A DNA stretch of 64,000 nucleotides. Source: Dudresnaya verticillata. Taxonomy: Eukaryota. Under the pieces are notes generated by a model. The model saw nothing but the letters and a program-made list of their open reading frames with translations. It was not told where the DNA came from and made no database searches. This document shows positions 30,701 through 39,580 of the stretch, one piece after another. Made by a program: the position numbers and the translations under genes. The stretch is taken from assembly GCA_977862235.1 (NCBI GenBank), contig OZ374560.1, positions 868,001 to 932,000 of the forward strand, read 5' to 3'. Numbering within the stretch: position 1 is the first letter of the stretch; each line of letters begins with the position of its first letter.

Positions 30701-32616
30701 AAAAGGATACTGGGCTGCGTAGGGCTGCTTCACATGGTCCTGGAGCGGACCAGAAAGCTTCCGCATCCCCTCAAGAGGCGCAACGCCGTGGAGATGTCGT
30801 TAAGGAGCGGACAGTTAAGTTTGTCGGAGAAAACGGATCTCGGCAGCTTCCCAAGCAGCAAGCTTACATAGTCCCCCAGCGCGCAGCATCGCAGGGAAAG
30901 TCGGGAGATGCTCCGACACGCCGCCCAGACGCGATCATGTCGGAGGAGCGGCGTGCTTCGGAGCATGTCTTGTCGGAACAGTCTGGAAAAGTAGAGGGCG
31001 CGGCACAGGTTGTTACACAGCGAGAAGATCCTGGACGTCGCTCTACACGGGAAGGAGCGACTGGCAAAGGACAATCTGGGCCTGGGAATCCCGGGGCGGC
31101 CCCCATGCTTGTAGACACTCCTCGAAGCTCGTTGCGAACATCTGGACCGCGTGCAGGGACTCTCACTGCTGTTCCGCCGTCCTCTAGTACGCGAGTGAAC
31201 CCGAAGCAGAGCTCTCAAACCCCTAGCAGTGCTTCGAAGCACCCTGTTGTTACTGGTGCTGGCGTGGCAAGCTCTACGCCGGTGACAAACAAGCAGACGC
31301 AGCCTTCCAAAGCAGTTCAAGTTATGAGGCAGAGCCCTTCCAGGAACCCTCTTCAGAAGGCCGTTCAGAAGCAGGGACAGTCCGTCATTGGTCGAGCGCG
31401 GAATGCTGGACGAGTGTCTCAGAATCCTGAAAGAGGAACAGCAAGTCTTCCTCTAGACATCCTGATGAAGACGATTACCGATTCAAACTCGAAATCTCTT
31501 AGCACTCGCCTTGGCCCGCTGCAGATACATATCGACCAGCAGTTTGCACGGCAAGACCAGAAACTGAAGCAGATACAGCAGGAGCTGGCATCGTACGCGA
31601 AACAGACCCATAGACTTACTGTTGGACAGGATGTGCTGCGAAAAGCCATGGAGCAGAGTGTTTCGAAGACGAGCCTTATTTCCGCAGTGGGTGCTCTGAC
31701 TAACAAGATTATCGCCACAGTACGTACTGAAATGGGTCAAGTCGCGAAAAAGATGCATGAAGATGTTACCAAGGAGATTTCAAAGCAATTGGTGGAGAGT
31801 AACAAATTGCTGTTGGTTTCCGTGACGGAGAGCGTCGAAGCGGTAGTGGAGAAGTCCGTGGCGAAGGCCTTGGCTAATCGGCGCAGAGGAAGTCCGATAG
31901 TACATCGAGCCATTAGTGCTGGACGAGTGCCTGCTGGAGCACGAAAAGACGTTGATGATGAAGAGAAGCTGCCCGTAGAGCCTGGAAGTGGAGAAAAGGG
32001 AAATGACCGGGACAAACGGAAAGAGACATCAACAAAGACAAGTGAGAAGGGGTCTCAAGATGTAGAGATGGGTAGCGCCGGTGGAAATCCTGTTAGCCAT
32101 CCTGCACAGTTCAAGATGGTGGAGTACGAGAAAGTTGCCGCAAAGGCCCGTGAGTTGGTCGGCAGGGCTGTTATTGAATGGTTTCTGAGCGGAGGTTGTC
32201 GAGACTTGGCCCCAAACAACGAGAGGCATGAACCAGTTTCCTCGGACTGGGTAATATCTGTGACTATGAGCTGTCTCGGGAAGATATCTGCGAAGCTAGA
32301 TGAGTTTACTAGCTACGATCTTGCCATGAAAGCGTTGAAGAAACGTTCGGCACATCTGCAAGTAGAAATCGACTGGGTTTTGAAGGGTCCAACCGCTGAA
32401 AACTTGGCGACGGCAAAGAAGAATTATGCAGGTTGGGACCCTTCCCTCCTGGATTTTGAATGGGAATCTGACAGGCTCGTACTACAGCAGGTTGCGCTGG
32501 AACTGATCAAGACTGAAAAGCTGCTGTTATCAAAGCGCGACAGGGTTATTGATCCTTTTCGATCAGCTGTGAAATGTGTGCAGGTAACAAAATCTCGGTT
32601 GGAGGGGGGATGGTAG
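27706..32616 (+). CDS. Large (1636 aa) intronless protein: N-terminal Tudor-like domain, disordered middle, coiled coil, C-terminal domain shared with the divergent neighbour
   Basis: CCACCATG start. Tudor-like LGDEIEVWWPYDSEYYPGVV...HRIHYNDGEVEELQLSTEQWRF; C-terminal NYAGWDPSLLDFEW domain. Confidence 0.87.
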   Translation: MPPPRRAAAHNSHLLSHVRLGDEIEVWWPYDSEYYPGVVAALLPTGRHRIHYNDGEVEELQLSTEQWRFRGAAASRVTKALVVPRPTSAPPLDAPSPDSAPVPPAPAPAPNPPTSASASSSDRHAHRAPQPPTPTPASAARPSSQPASSSSSRPVKTTTVKKSRPCSPRRKSAPPQDPQLPKQPPLPHKGKALARAPASSSAAANPRRASAPTDAPFKGPAPGKEPPPTRPSGSKPAVADVVVVDVDAIRDSSPTPAQPVGKIAPKVSTPSAGKLAEALVKKGGSIPVKHIAEPMVKEPDSAKKPDSAKKPDSAKKPDSAKKPDSAKKPDSAKKPDSAKKPDSSKKPDAPAKQPNAAQPDKQDPPTKKIGPSASAPSAAATTVAAAATTTVSAATARTGHPPTHPAAAPTAPASKPANKKPTAAVGKPTVASPVKSTVASSEKPADATLKKKQDAHLMPDKPRDTRDLTTQSRELSAKTRAVLDKVAQMKKQAPIRDNSLQASGKGDIPTPAKTASVAADKQGKCSLQKSPPTSRAVSGHAARAQKKKQPPTSSSHPGQADPTRSTSMDNLPGVPRRPASQSVGKPTAGGTKYSLVRRSSSDKFCPRLGGAPGMMLSNRMSNGSANDSFPGMSPGLRSPIVSDPTGRAPVPSGSPLQNSGGPRPLLRSVPLNKPGKRASQEAAPEAPAPPSLTGAQKIQGIANAKPIPVRAETPARNPVNGQHTNANAANTQRDPRGKVGTPGKVSSVSGTPGAAGNDGKGQATKTTLLSDKNRRTEKKASRNGDEAQTSPQGILMPETRSETLPTAQGQKLPTITGKRPNSEAPELGKKRQRIEGKSAPTRVLGGAAVLPNEIGSGTGITAKVPAGSNGLASVGPQFTSAKGTSAREVEKLSITKSASASGHAKSIRAHPVTDGSKEQRTSFGNVRSRQEMPSKAADTPLASGKKPRPPNAATPVQAKGPGALSRNAQVQKPPQLTDLARTGNDSAAKRPRTGDLLPQKDTGLRRAASHGPGADQKASASPQEAQRRGDVVKERTVKFVGENGSRQLPKQQAYIVPQRAASQGKSGDAPTRRPDAIMSEERRASEHVLSEQSGKVEGAAQVVTQREDPGRRSTREGATGKGQSGPGNPGAAPMLVDTPRSSLRTSGPRAGTLTAVPPSSSTRVNPKQSSQTPSSASKHPVVTGAGVASSTPVTNKQTQPSKAVQVMRQSPSRNPLQKAVQKQGQSVIGRARNAGRVSQNPERGTASLPLDILMKTITDSNSKSLSTRLGPLQIHIDQQFARQDQKLKQIQQELASYAKQTHRLTVGQDVLRKAMEQSVSKTSLISAVGALTNKIIATVRTEMGQVAKKMHEDVTKEISKQLVESNKLLLVSVTESVEAVVEKSVAKALANRRRGSPIVHRAISAGRVPAGARKDVDDEEKLPVEPGSGEKGNDRDKRKETSTKTSEKGSQDVEMGSAGGNPVSHPAQFKMVEYEKVAAKARELVGRAVIEWFLSGGCRDLAPNNERHEPVSSDWVISVTMSCLGKISAKLDEFTSYDLAMKALKKRSAHLQVEIDWVLKGPTAENLATAKKNYAGWDPSLLDFEWESDRLVLQQVALELIKTEKLLLSKRDRVIDPFRSAVKCVQVTKSRLEGGW
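28600..28743 (+). repeat. Coding minisatellite, 8 x 18 nt (PDSAKK)
   Basis: cctgactc(c/t)gcgaagaag x7 plus one PDSSKK variant. Confidence 0.95.
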
Positions 32617-33357
32617 TAGTCGGAGCATGGCGAAGCGAGAAGATTGGTAATTGGTGAAGTTTAGAGATAGTCATTTTTATTGTCGTAACAGGCTGCACCG
32701 AAGATGCGTCCGTGCCCCAACAACTGATTGTGAATACTGAGTGTGACGCCCCATCGTTTGAGCCACGAGCCAGAGAAAGCTGTATCACTAGGAGGACCTA
32801 CAACGGTGCACGTTTAGGCCGCCTCGATAACTTGAAACTAAACGCGCCGTTCTGCTAAAAAATCCCGAGGAATGTTGACCCATCAGCCGCATGCGAAGCA
32901 ACCGGGCTGAGACAAACGCGTACTATGTCGGGTTGGTGCTCCCAACTTGAGTATGCGCTATGTTTGCAAAAGTTATCAGTAGTAGTGTGTGACGAAGGAG
33001 GTTAAGTCGATCTCAGTCGCGCACTACAGCTAGAATGCGTCCTTGTGGTGCTGGTGCTTCCATGCCGTCATAGAGAAGCAGCAATGAGAAACTCCTACAG
33101 CACTAGAGTTTCAGCCGCCATAGTTTCAGTATCCATATATGGTAAGAATGAATCCAGCTGCCCTTGCTGGCAGCGACAAGGAAGACGTAATCCACTTGAT
33201 GGCCAACGCCACTCGAAATGCCTGCCAACGCGTCCAAGTTGTTGAGTGCAAGGGAGAAAAGTGGGTGGCGCCCGGTAGTATCTACGCCATCCCTACTGTA
33301 GCGGCAATAGGCAGGGCCTAGTTAGTCTAGATCGTGTCAAGTATCACCGAACTGATA

Positions 33358-34821
33358 TCATGTCAGTGCTGTGGGAGGCCCGGGAAAGTCGCCAATGCAC
33401 ATTGAATGATCGCCGGATTCGCAGGCCCGTTGCCTCCAACCGGTCCAAATGCAGGAAGAAATGGCTGCTTCTTCTCTTCGCTTAGGAAGATCGCCAACGC
33501 ATCTGAAGCGATTCTTCACTATGCTGAACGATTGCGAAACAGCCGAGAAGTTGACCTGCATTTCCGTGGCTCCGCTTTTCATAACGTCGATATGATCCAT
33601 AAGCGGGCTGTCGGGGTTTTGAAACTTTCGCGCAAAAAAGTTGGGTGAGTGCGCGATGAGGCGCCAAAACGGCCAAGATCCATCTTCCAGCTGCTTGTCG
33701 ACGGCGAACGGGTGCTGCCCGGCCTTGACGCCGTCATGTCGCCACGAAACCTCTCGGAAGGAATGACGGGCAATTGTGCGGTTGAGTTGGATGTGGTTCC
33801 ATCCCAGCGTTTGGAAGAAGTGCTCCGCCGGGCTTTGCATGTATGCAAACAAGGCGAGCAGCCTTCTCGCAACGTTGCCATGCGCGGCAAATTCGCAAAA
33901 TGTGCGATGCACGACCATCCAGGCCTCGCCCTTTGCGACGACGACACGGACGTTGTCGCCGAGGACAAGCGGGTGGCTGTGCGTGGACTCCATGAGCTTG
34001 GCGAGATGGTTTGGATCAAAGCCTAGCGATGGGTCGAAATGCAGGGTTCCAAGGCGGTGAGCGGCGAGGTGGACCCATGATGTGACGTTGGATGAAAAGT
34101 GGACAAAGTTGATCGGGGCCTCACGGACGGGGTGCACGGCAAGCAGACGGCGCAGCGAGGTGGAGGACACGAGCGGATAGTCTGCTCCAGAGAGGTTGAT
34201 GAAGAAGTCCCACGGGCGGTTTACGAGCAGCAGCGAGTGCATACTGTCCAGGGTGTTGAGCAGCATGGACACGCCTGCGTAAGTCACGGACGCGGACGGG
34301 AGGAAGTAGGCATTGGAGAGCAGCTTGTTGGCGCGCACAGCAGTACGGAGAGCGTCAGCAGCGGATTGCGGGACCTTGTCATCGATGTGGAGGCAGTACA
34401 CGTTGGCCGGGTGCCAGATCCGTGCGAGCAGGCGCGGGACAAGAGCGATGTTGGCGGCGGAGATCTGGACAAAGAAGGCGATGTCCGCCTCGCGCGGGGC
34501 GTCAGGGGCGAAGTCGAGGTCCTCGTAGAGGTGCGGGCCGACGCGGTCGCCGAGCAGCGCGAAGCGGTGCGGGGCGAGGTGGCGCGCAAGCTGTTCTGGC
34601 AGGCGATCTGCGAAGCGGACTGCGACGCGCGGGCGCGGCGCGGGCGCGCGGAAGCGCAGCGCCATGCGCGACGACGCGGCGACGGCCAGCTGGTCGCGCT
34701 GCAGCAGGCGCAGCAGCACGACGGCCAGTATGGCCGCGGCCAGTAGCGCGCTCTGCGCGGGCGGCGACGCCGCGGACAGACGCGGCGGGGCGGCGGCGGC
34801 CAGCTTGCGCGCGGGCGTCAT
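33358..34821 (-). CDS. Glycosyltransferase family 14 (core-2/I-branching; xylosyl/glucuronosyltransferase-like), type II membrane protein
   Basis: ATG 34821; TM segment ALLAAAILAVVLL. Motifs RIWHPANVYCLHIDDK, WDFFINLSGADYPL, KGEAWMVVHRTFCEF, SPAEHFFQT, FFARKF. Confidence 0.9.
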   Translation of the reverse strand: MTPARKLAAAAPPRLSAASPPAQSALLAAAILAVVLLRLLQRDQLAVAASSRMALRFRAPAPRPRVAVRFADRLPEQLARHLAPHRFALLGDRVGPHLYEDLDFAPDAPREADIAFFVQISAANIALVPRLLARIWHPANVYCLHIDDKVPQSAADALRTAVRANKLLSNAYFLPSASVTYAGVSMLLNTLDSMHSLLLVNRPWDFFINLSGADYPLVSSTSLRRLLAVHPVREAPINFVHFSSNVTSWVHLAAHRLGTLHFDPSLGFDPNHLAKLMESTHSHPLVLGDNVRVVVAKGEAWMVVHRTFCEFAAHGNVARRLLALFAYMQSPAEHFFQTLGWNHIQLNRTIARHSFREVSWRHDGVKAGQHPFAVDKQLEDGSWPFWRLIAHSPNFFARKFQNPDSPLMDHIDVMKSGATEMQVNFSAVSQSFSIVKNRFRCVGDLPKRREEAAISSCIWTGWRQRACESGDHSMCIGDFPGPPTALT

Positions 34822-35367
34822 GAGGGGCGGCGGCGCGCGGCGTGCTGGCGGACGCAGGTGGGGGCGCGCGGCGGCGCGCGGCTTTATGGGAGGGGGGGCG
34901 GTGCGGGGCGGCGCGCGTCTGGGTGGCGGGACGTGGGCGCGCATATCAGCGTCGGGCGGGCGGAGAAATGTCGCAGACCGCGGCGTGATGGGGACTGTCC
35001 GGGGACAGCGCAGGCTGGGCACGATGCGCGTGCAGTACGGTTGGCTGCGGGGTCGCGGTGTGATGGCGCTCGCGGCGACTGTGAATTGGACGCGTTGCAG
35101 CGGCGGCGACGTGTTTGTTGCGCGTCGACACGGCCCATGTACAGCGCGCGACAGACGCGCCTCCTCACCTGTTGTGCACACGTGGAGAGTCGCGCCGCGC
35201 GCCTCTCGAGTTGTTTCTGCCGCACTTTCTCCACGCAACTCGTTTAAAAATTCCTGAAACAGAAACGCCCCCGCGGCTCTCACCGCTCGCACCATGCCTC
35301 CTCTGGCTGTGGCTACCGAAACCCAACCCACACCCGCCAGGCCGCAATGCCCAGCATCAACACCACC

Positions 35368-37822
35368 TCACGCCTCATGCGCAGCACCAGCGCCGCCACG
35401 GCCCGTGCGGCTGCGAAAGTACGGGCGCCAGCCCACGTCGAAGCACTTTGCGATGAGGAACTGCTGGCGCGCGCGCAGGCGGAACGTGCTGGACGGCACG
35501 TCAGACACGAGGAAGCCGACGCCCCACCGGATCCACAGCAGCACGTGCTCGAACACGAGGAAGCTCACGGCGGGGTACTTCTCGGCCACGTCGCCGACCG
35601 CGTCGGGCAGCGCGCGCTGCAGCGACGACGTCGTCATCGTCACCAGCGCCGCCGTCGTCATCACCGACGCCGTCGACAGGAACTGCAGCACCGACACCCA
35701 CCCGCCGATGTCCGCCGCGTCGTCGGCGTCGGCGCGCTGCTGCACCGCCAGCATCTTGTACGTGTCCGTGCGCCGCTCGACTATGTTGTTGACCAGGATG
35801 ATCACCGCCGCCAGCGGGAACGCTAGCCCGAACAATACTAGGAACCCGTGCTGGATCACCACCTCCCCATAGTCCTCGATTGTCGACTTGTACGCTGCCA
35901 TTTTCGCCTCCTCCACGCTACGCTGCAGGTCCCCGTCAATCGCCAAGCCGTCTGCGGACAGCAGCGCCGACCCCTCGGACAGCTCATTATGTAATTCCTC
36001 GTTTTCGCGCTTCTGCAACCACTTCTTCACCCGGAACGTGACGAATGGCACGCCCAGCTCGAACACTTGCTGCACGGTTGCCTTTGTGATCACCAGCGAC
36101 GTTAGCTGTGCCCCCAACTCTGCCATGCAGTCTGGCTCGTTGGTTAACGTCCCAATCACGCATGGGTCAGACGCTGTGAACGGTTTGACAAGAGCGATGT
36201 AGAACAGCGAGATGTAGTCTGATCGTTGTGGTACGGAATACGGACAGACAGATGAGAGGGGCCGGGCAGATTAAGAACGAGAGAGAGAAAAAAAAAGGAG
36301 GCGCGACGCGTTAGCCAAAAATAGAAATCAATGGTCGATCGGGACAGCCGCAACTGATGTCCAATCCACGCAGCATTCAGATCAATTTGCTCCACATCAC
36401 AAACTTACTCGATACAAACTGGAAAGCAAACCGCTTCATGATCAGGCTGTTCTCGTACGGCTGCGTATTGCGATGGTTCTCCCACTCGGTAAGACGCAAC
36501 GAAACCGCCTTCCAAATCGGGTCCGACACCGAAATCAACAACGCAGTCGCGATCCCAGGCACGAACTTTCCAATGCTATCCGCGCCGAAAAAGTTGACGA
36601 TCTGCGTCTTGTAGAACAAGATGAGAAAAGAGGCCACGGCGACGCAAATCGCGAAGAACAGCGTGATAAGCGACGAGACGTAAATCCTGTTCCTGAGCTG
36701 ATTCTTGCTGCTGTACGGGTACATCGGCAGGTCGACAAACAGCAGCCCGGTGACCGGAGCCTCGAGCAAAAAGTCGTCGTCGTCCTTGCCGCCGATAACC
36801 ACGACCTCCTGCGGCTCCCCTTCGCCGTCGACAACGGGGGCGCGGGTAGACATTCGCACGCTGGGCGCGTGGTCGGAAGACGTGCCCGCCACAAGGTCCT
36901 CCAGGTTGACAAAGCCGCCCTTGCAGTAAAAGCCCTGCGTTACGTCGCCGGAAAAGCTCGGGCGGATATCGTTCTCGTTGGCCTCGTAAAAGTCATCGGT
37001 GCCCCACTGCACGTTGAGCACGGCGTTGCGGCGCTTCCAGTACTCGAGCCAGTACGTGCCCCAGAAGCACAGGGCCAGTCCGAAGATGAGCCTCGTCCAC
37101 GCGGTAAGCTCCTTCGAGTGGGTATTGCGCAGCACGATAGTGACGACGACGGAAAAGCCGGCAAGACCGAGCAGCATGCGAGCATAGAAGACAAGCCAGG
37201 CCAGGTAGATGGTAACGCGAGTGCCAAAGTAGTCCCTGAGCTCTGCGAGCGGGAGGGCCAGGCTGGGGCTCCACCAGTTTTGAAAAACGGCCTTGCGCAG
37301 CAGGCGGTCGCGCTCGGGCGGGGAGTGGAGGGCGAAGGCCTGGAGCAGGACGCCCTCTCTGCGCAGCACGTTAACGTTAAGACCAGCGCCCCAGGTCTCG
37401 CGCGAGCGGAGCGTGGCGAGCGTGAGCAGGACGCGGTCTGCGGGGGCAAAGTAGGGCTTTCCTGCGGCGCGGCGCGAGTCATTCTCAAAGACGTGGGCGC
37501 GGTCGCACGAGAACGGGAGGAAGCCTGCTCCGTAGCGCGGCTGCAGGCGGAGGCGGAGGCCGTGGGCCTCTGCAGACGCCTGCAGGTTGTCCTCGGGCAG
37601 GGCGAGGCGGACGAGGACGCGTTCCTCAGCGGGGAGGAAGACCTGCGAGTAGACGAAGCGAGCGGCGCGCAGCGCGGCCAGCGCGGAGGCGCGCGCGAGG
37701 TCTGCGGCGGGGTTGGGTTCGTCCGCAGCGGCGGCCGGGAAGACCAGGGCGTAGTCCCAGCCCCACGGCGGGGGTGTGCCGTGTGCTTCGGCGATGGGGG
37801 TGGCGGCGTAGGACGTTGCCAT
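35368..37822 (-). CDS. Anoctamin/TMEM16-family Ca2+-activated channel or scramblase, 2 exons
   Basis: Exon 37822-36409, GT-AG intron 36408-36219, exon 36218-35368. Motifs LRDYFGTRVTIYLAWL, LEYWKRR, LTEWENHR, KRFAFQFVSNYISLFYIA (spans the splice), DYGEVVIQHGFLVLFGLAFPLA, NNIVERRTD, DIGGW, FEH. Confidence 0.93.
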
Positions 37823-38506
37823 GGAATGCGCAGAAGGGGAGGTGGCGGGCGGAGGCGGACGCGGACGCGCGCGGGGCGGCGCGGGCGAGCGCTGCTCAGC
37901 GGCTTTATGTTACGTTGGGGTTTGGGGGGGGGGGGGTGCGGCATGTCTGGGAATGGGGCCGCTGAGGATGCGGGCCGAGCGGGCAATTCAGAACGGGGGC
38001 GCGGCCGTGTAAGACCGAGCATTACAGGGCGCGGGGACGCGGCACTTGGCGGGCGGGGATTGGACGGTTTCCAAAGGTCTAAAGGGCACGGCGCGGCATT
38101 ACAGCGCGGGCTGACAGCGGCATGCGCGGGCGATGGCGGAGGCGCTCGACTGCCGACCGTCTCGTGACACGAGCCGACTGCGGGTGTTGCGCAATGCGGC
38201 GCCACCGGGCTGCGCACCCGTCGCAGTGTCGCAGGAGGGCGCACGCCAATCGAGCCACCGCGGTGCTCGCTGCCTCCCCGCGCACGACATGACAAGCGCA
38301 CCCCCTGCGAGCAACCTCCGTGCCCGGCCGCACGCGTGTCCCAAAAACACACAACCCTTCTCCATCTACCGTCCCCGCCCACCGCCACCCCTCACCTCAT
38401 CGCGCCCCCCCCCCCGCCCCCACCCGCACCTCCCACCCCCGCCGCATCCCATCCCCCGTCCCGCGCCTCCCCCCCCCACTCCCCCCACCACCACCGCCGC
38501 CGCGCA

Positions 38507-39580
38507 ATGGCCGCGCCACCGCCGCACGGCCGCGCCGCTATCGCCCAAGGAAACCGCCCGACGCAGGAGGACCGCGTGCTCGTGTGGGAGGGCACGGTCC
38601 CCGCCGGCGCCCCGCTCTGCATCTACGCCGTGGCCGACGGCCACAACGGCACCGTGTCGGCCGACGTCGTGCGCCAGCACCTGGTCCCGCTGCTGCTGTC
38701 GCACCCTGCGCTGCGCGCGTCGCGCCCGGACGTGCCGGCCGCGCTGCGCGACGTCTTCGCGCAGCTGGAGGCGCGCGTGCTGGCCGCCACGCGCGCCGCG
38801 CGCTCGTTTGACGGCACCACGCTCTGCGTCGCCGTGTTCTTCGCCGGCTACGTGCACGTCGCCAACGTTGGCGACTCGCGCGCCGTCCTGGCCAAGCGTC
38901 CGCGCGCGCCGCCCGCCGCGCCGGTGCGCGCGGCGCAGCTCACCGTCGATCACAAGGTCTCCGACCCGGCCGAGCGCCGCCGTTTGCAGGCCGCCGGCGC
39001 GTCGCTGCGCCGCAACCGCATGCTGGGCATCCGGAAGGACCTGGAGATTGCGCGCGCCTTGGGCGACCGCGAGTTCAAGGACGTCGCCCTGGTCGCCGGC
39101 ACCACGCCCGGCTCCACCCTCATCGCCATCCCAGACGTCTTCTCACATCGCGTCGCGCCTGACGACGTCGCCCTAATGCTCGCAACAGACGGCCTGTGGG
39201 ACATTGCCTTTCTGGGTAACGACGAGCTGGCCGAGATGGCCGTGGATGCCCTGGCGGATACGTCGTCTATCGCTACCGCGGCATCGAGCGTCGTGCAGGA
39301 GGCCCTGCGCTTTCGGAGCAACGACAACGTGTCGCTGGTGCTGGTGCGGCTGCGGCCGTCGGACCACGCGGGCAGGGAGGACCGCAGCCCCAACCCCGCG
39401 GCTGGCGACCTGATGCAGAGCGGCGTGCCCAGGGTGGCGCCCGCGGCCAAATGCCTCTTCTGGGAGGCGTCGCGTGCTGGCTCCAAGTCGTCGCGCTTCG
39501 TGCTCAGGTCCGTGCCGAAGCTGTTCAGTCTGTGCGCATGGCTGCCGAAACGGCGCGACAAGTGTGCTAGCAATCAGTGA
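38507..39580 (+). CDS. PP2C/PPM-type protein phosphatase
   Basis: QGNRPTQEDR, VADGHNG, DGTT, ANVGDSRAV, DHK, ARALGD, LATDGLWD, SNDNVS. Confidence 0.93.
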   Translation: MAAPPPHGRAAIAQGNRPTQEDRVLVWEGTVPAGAPLCIYAVADGHNGTVSADVVRQHLVPLLLSHPALRASRPDVPAALRDVFAQLEARVLAATRAARSFDGTTLCVAVFFAGYVHVANVGDSRAVLAKRPRAPPAAPVRAAQLTVDHKVSDPAERRRLQAAGASLRRNRMLGIRKDLEIARALGDREFKDVALVAGTTPGSTLIAIPDVFSHRVAPDDVALMLATDGLWDIAFLGNDELAEMAVDALADTSSIATAASSVVQEALRFRSNDNVSLVLVRLRPSDHAGREDRSPNPAAGDLMQSGVPRVAPAAKCLFWEASRAGSKSSRFVLRSVPKLFSLCAWLPKRRDKCASNQ

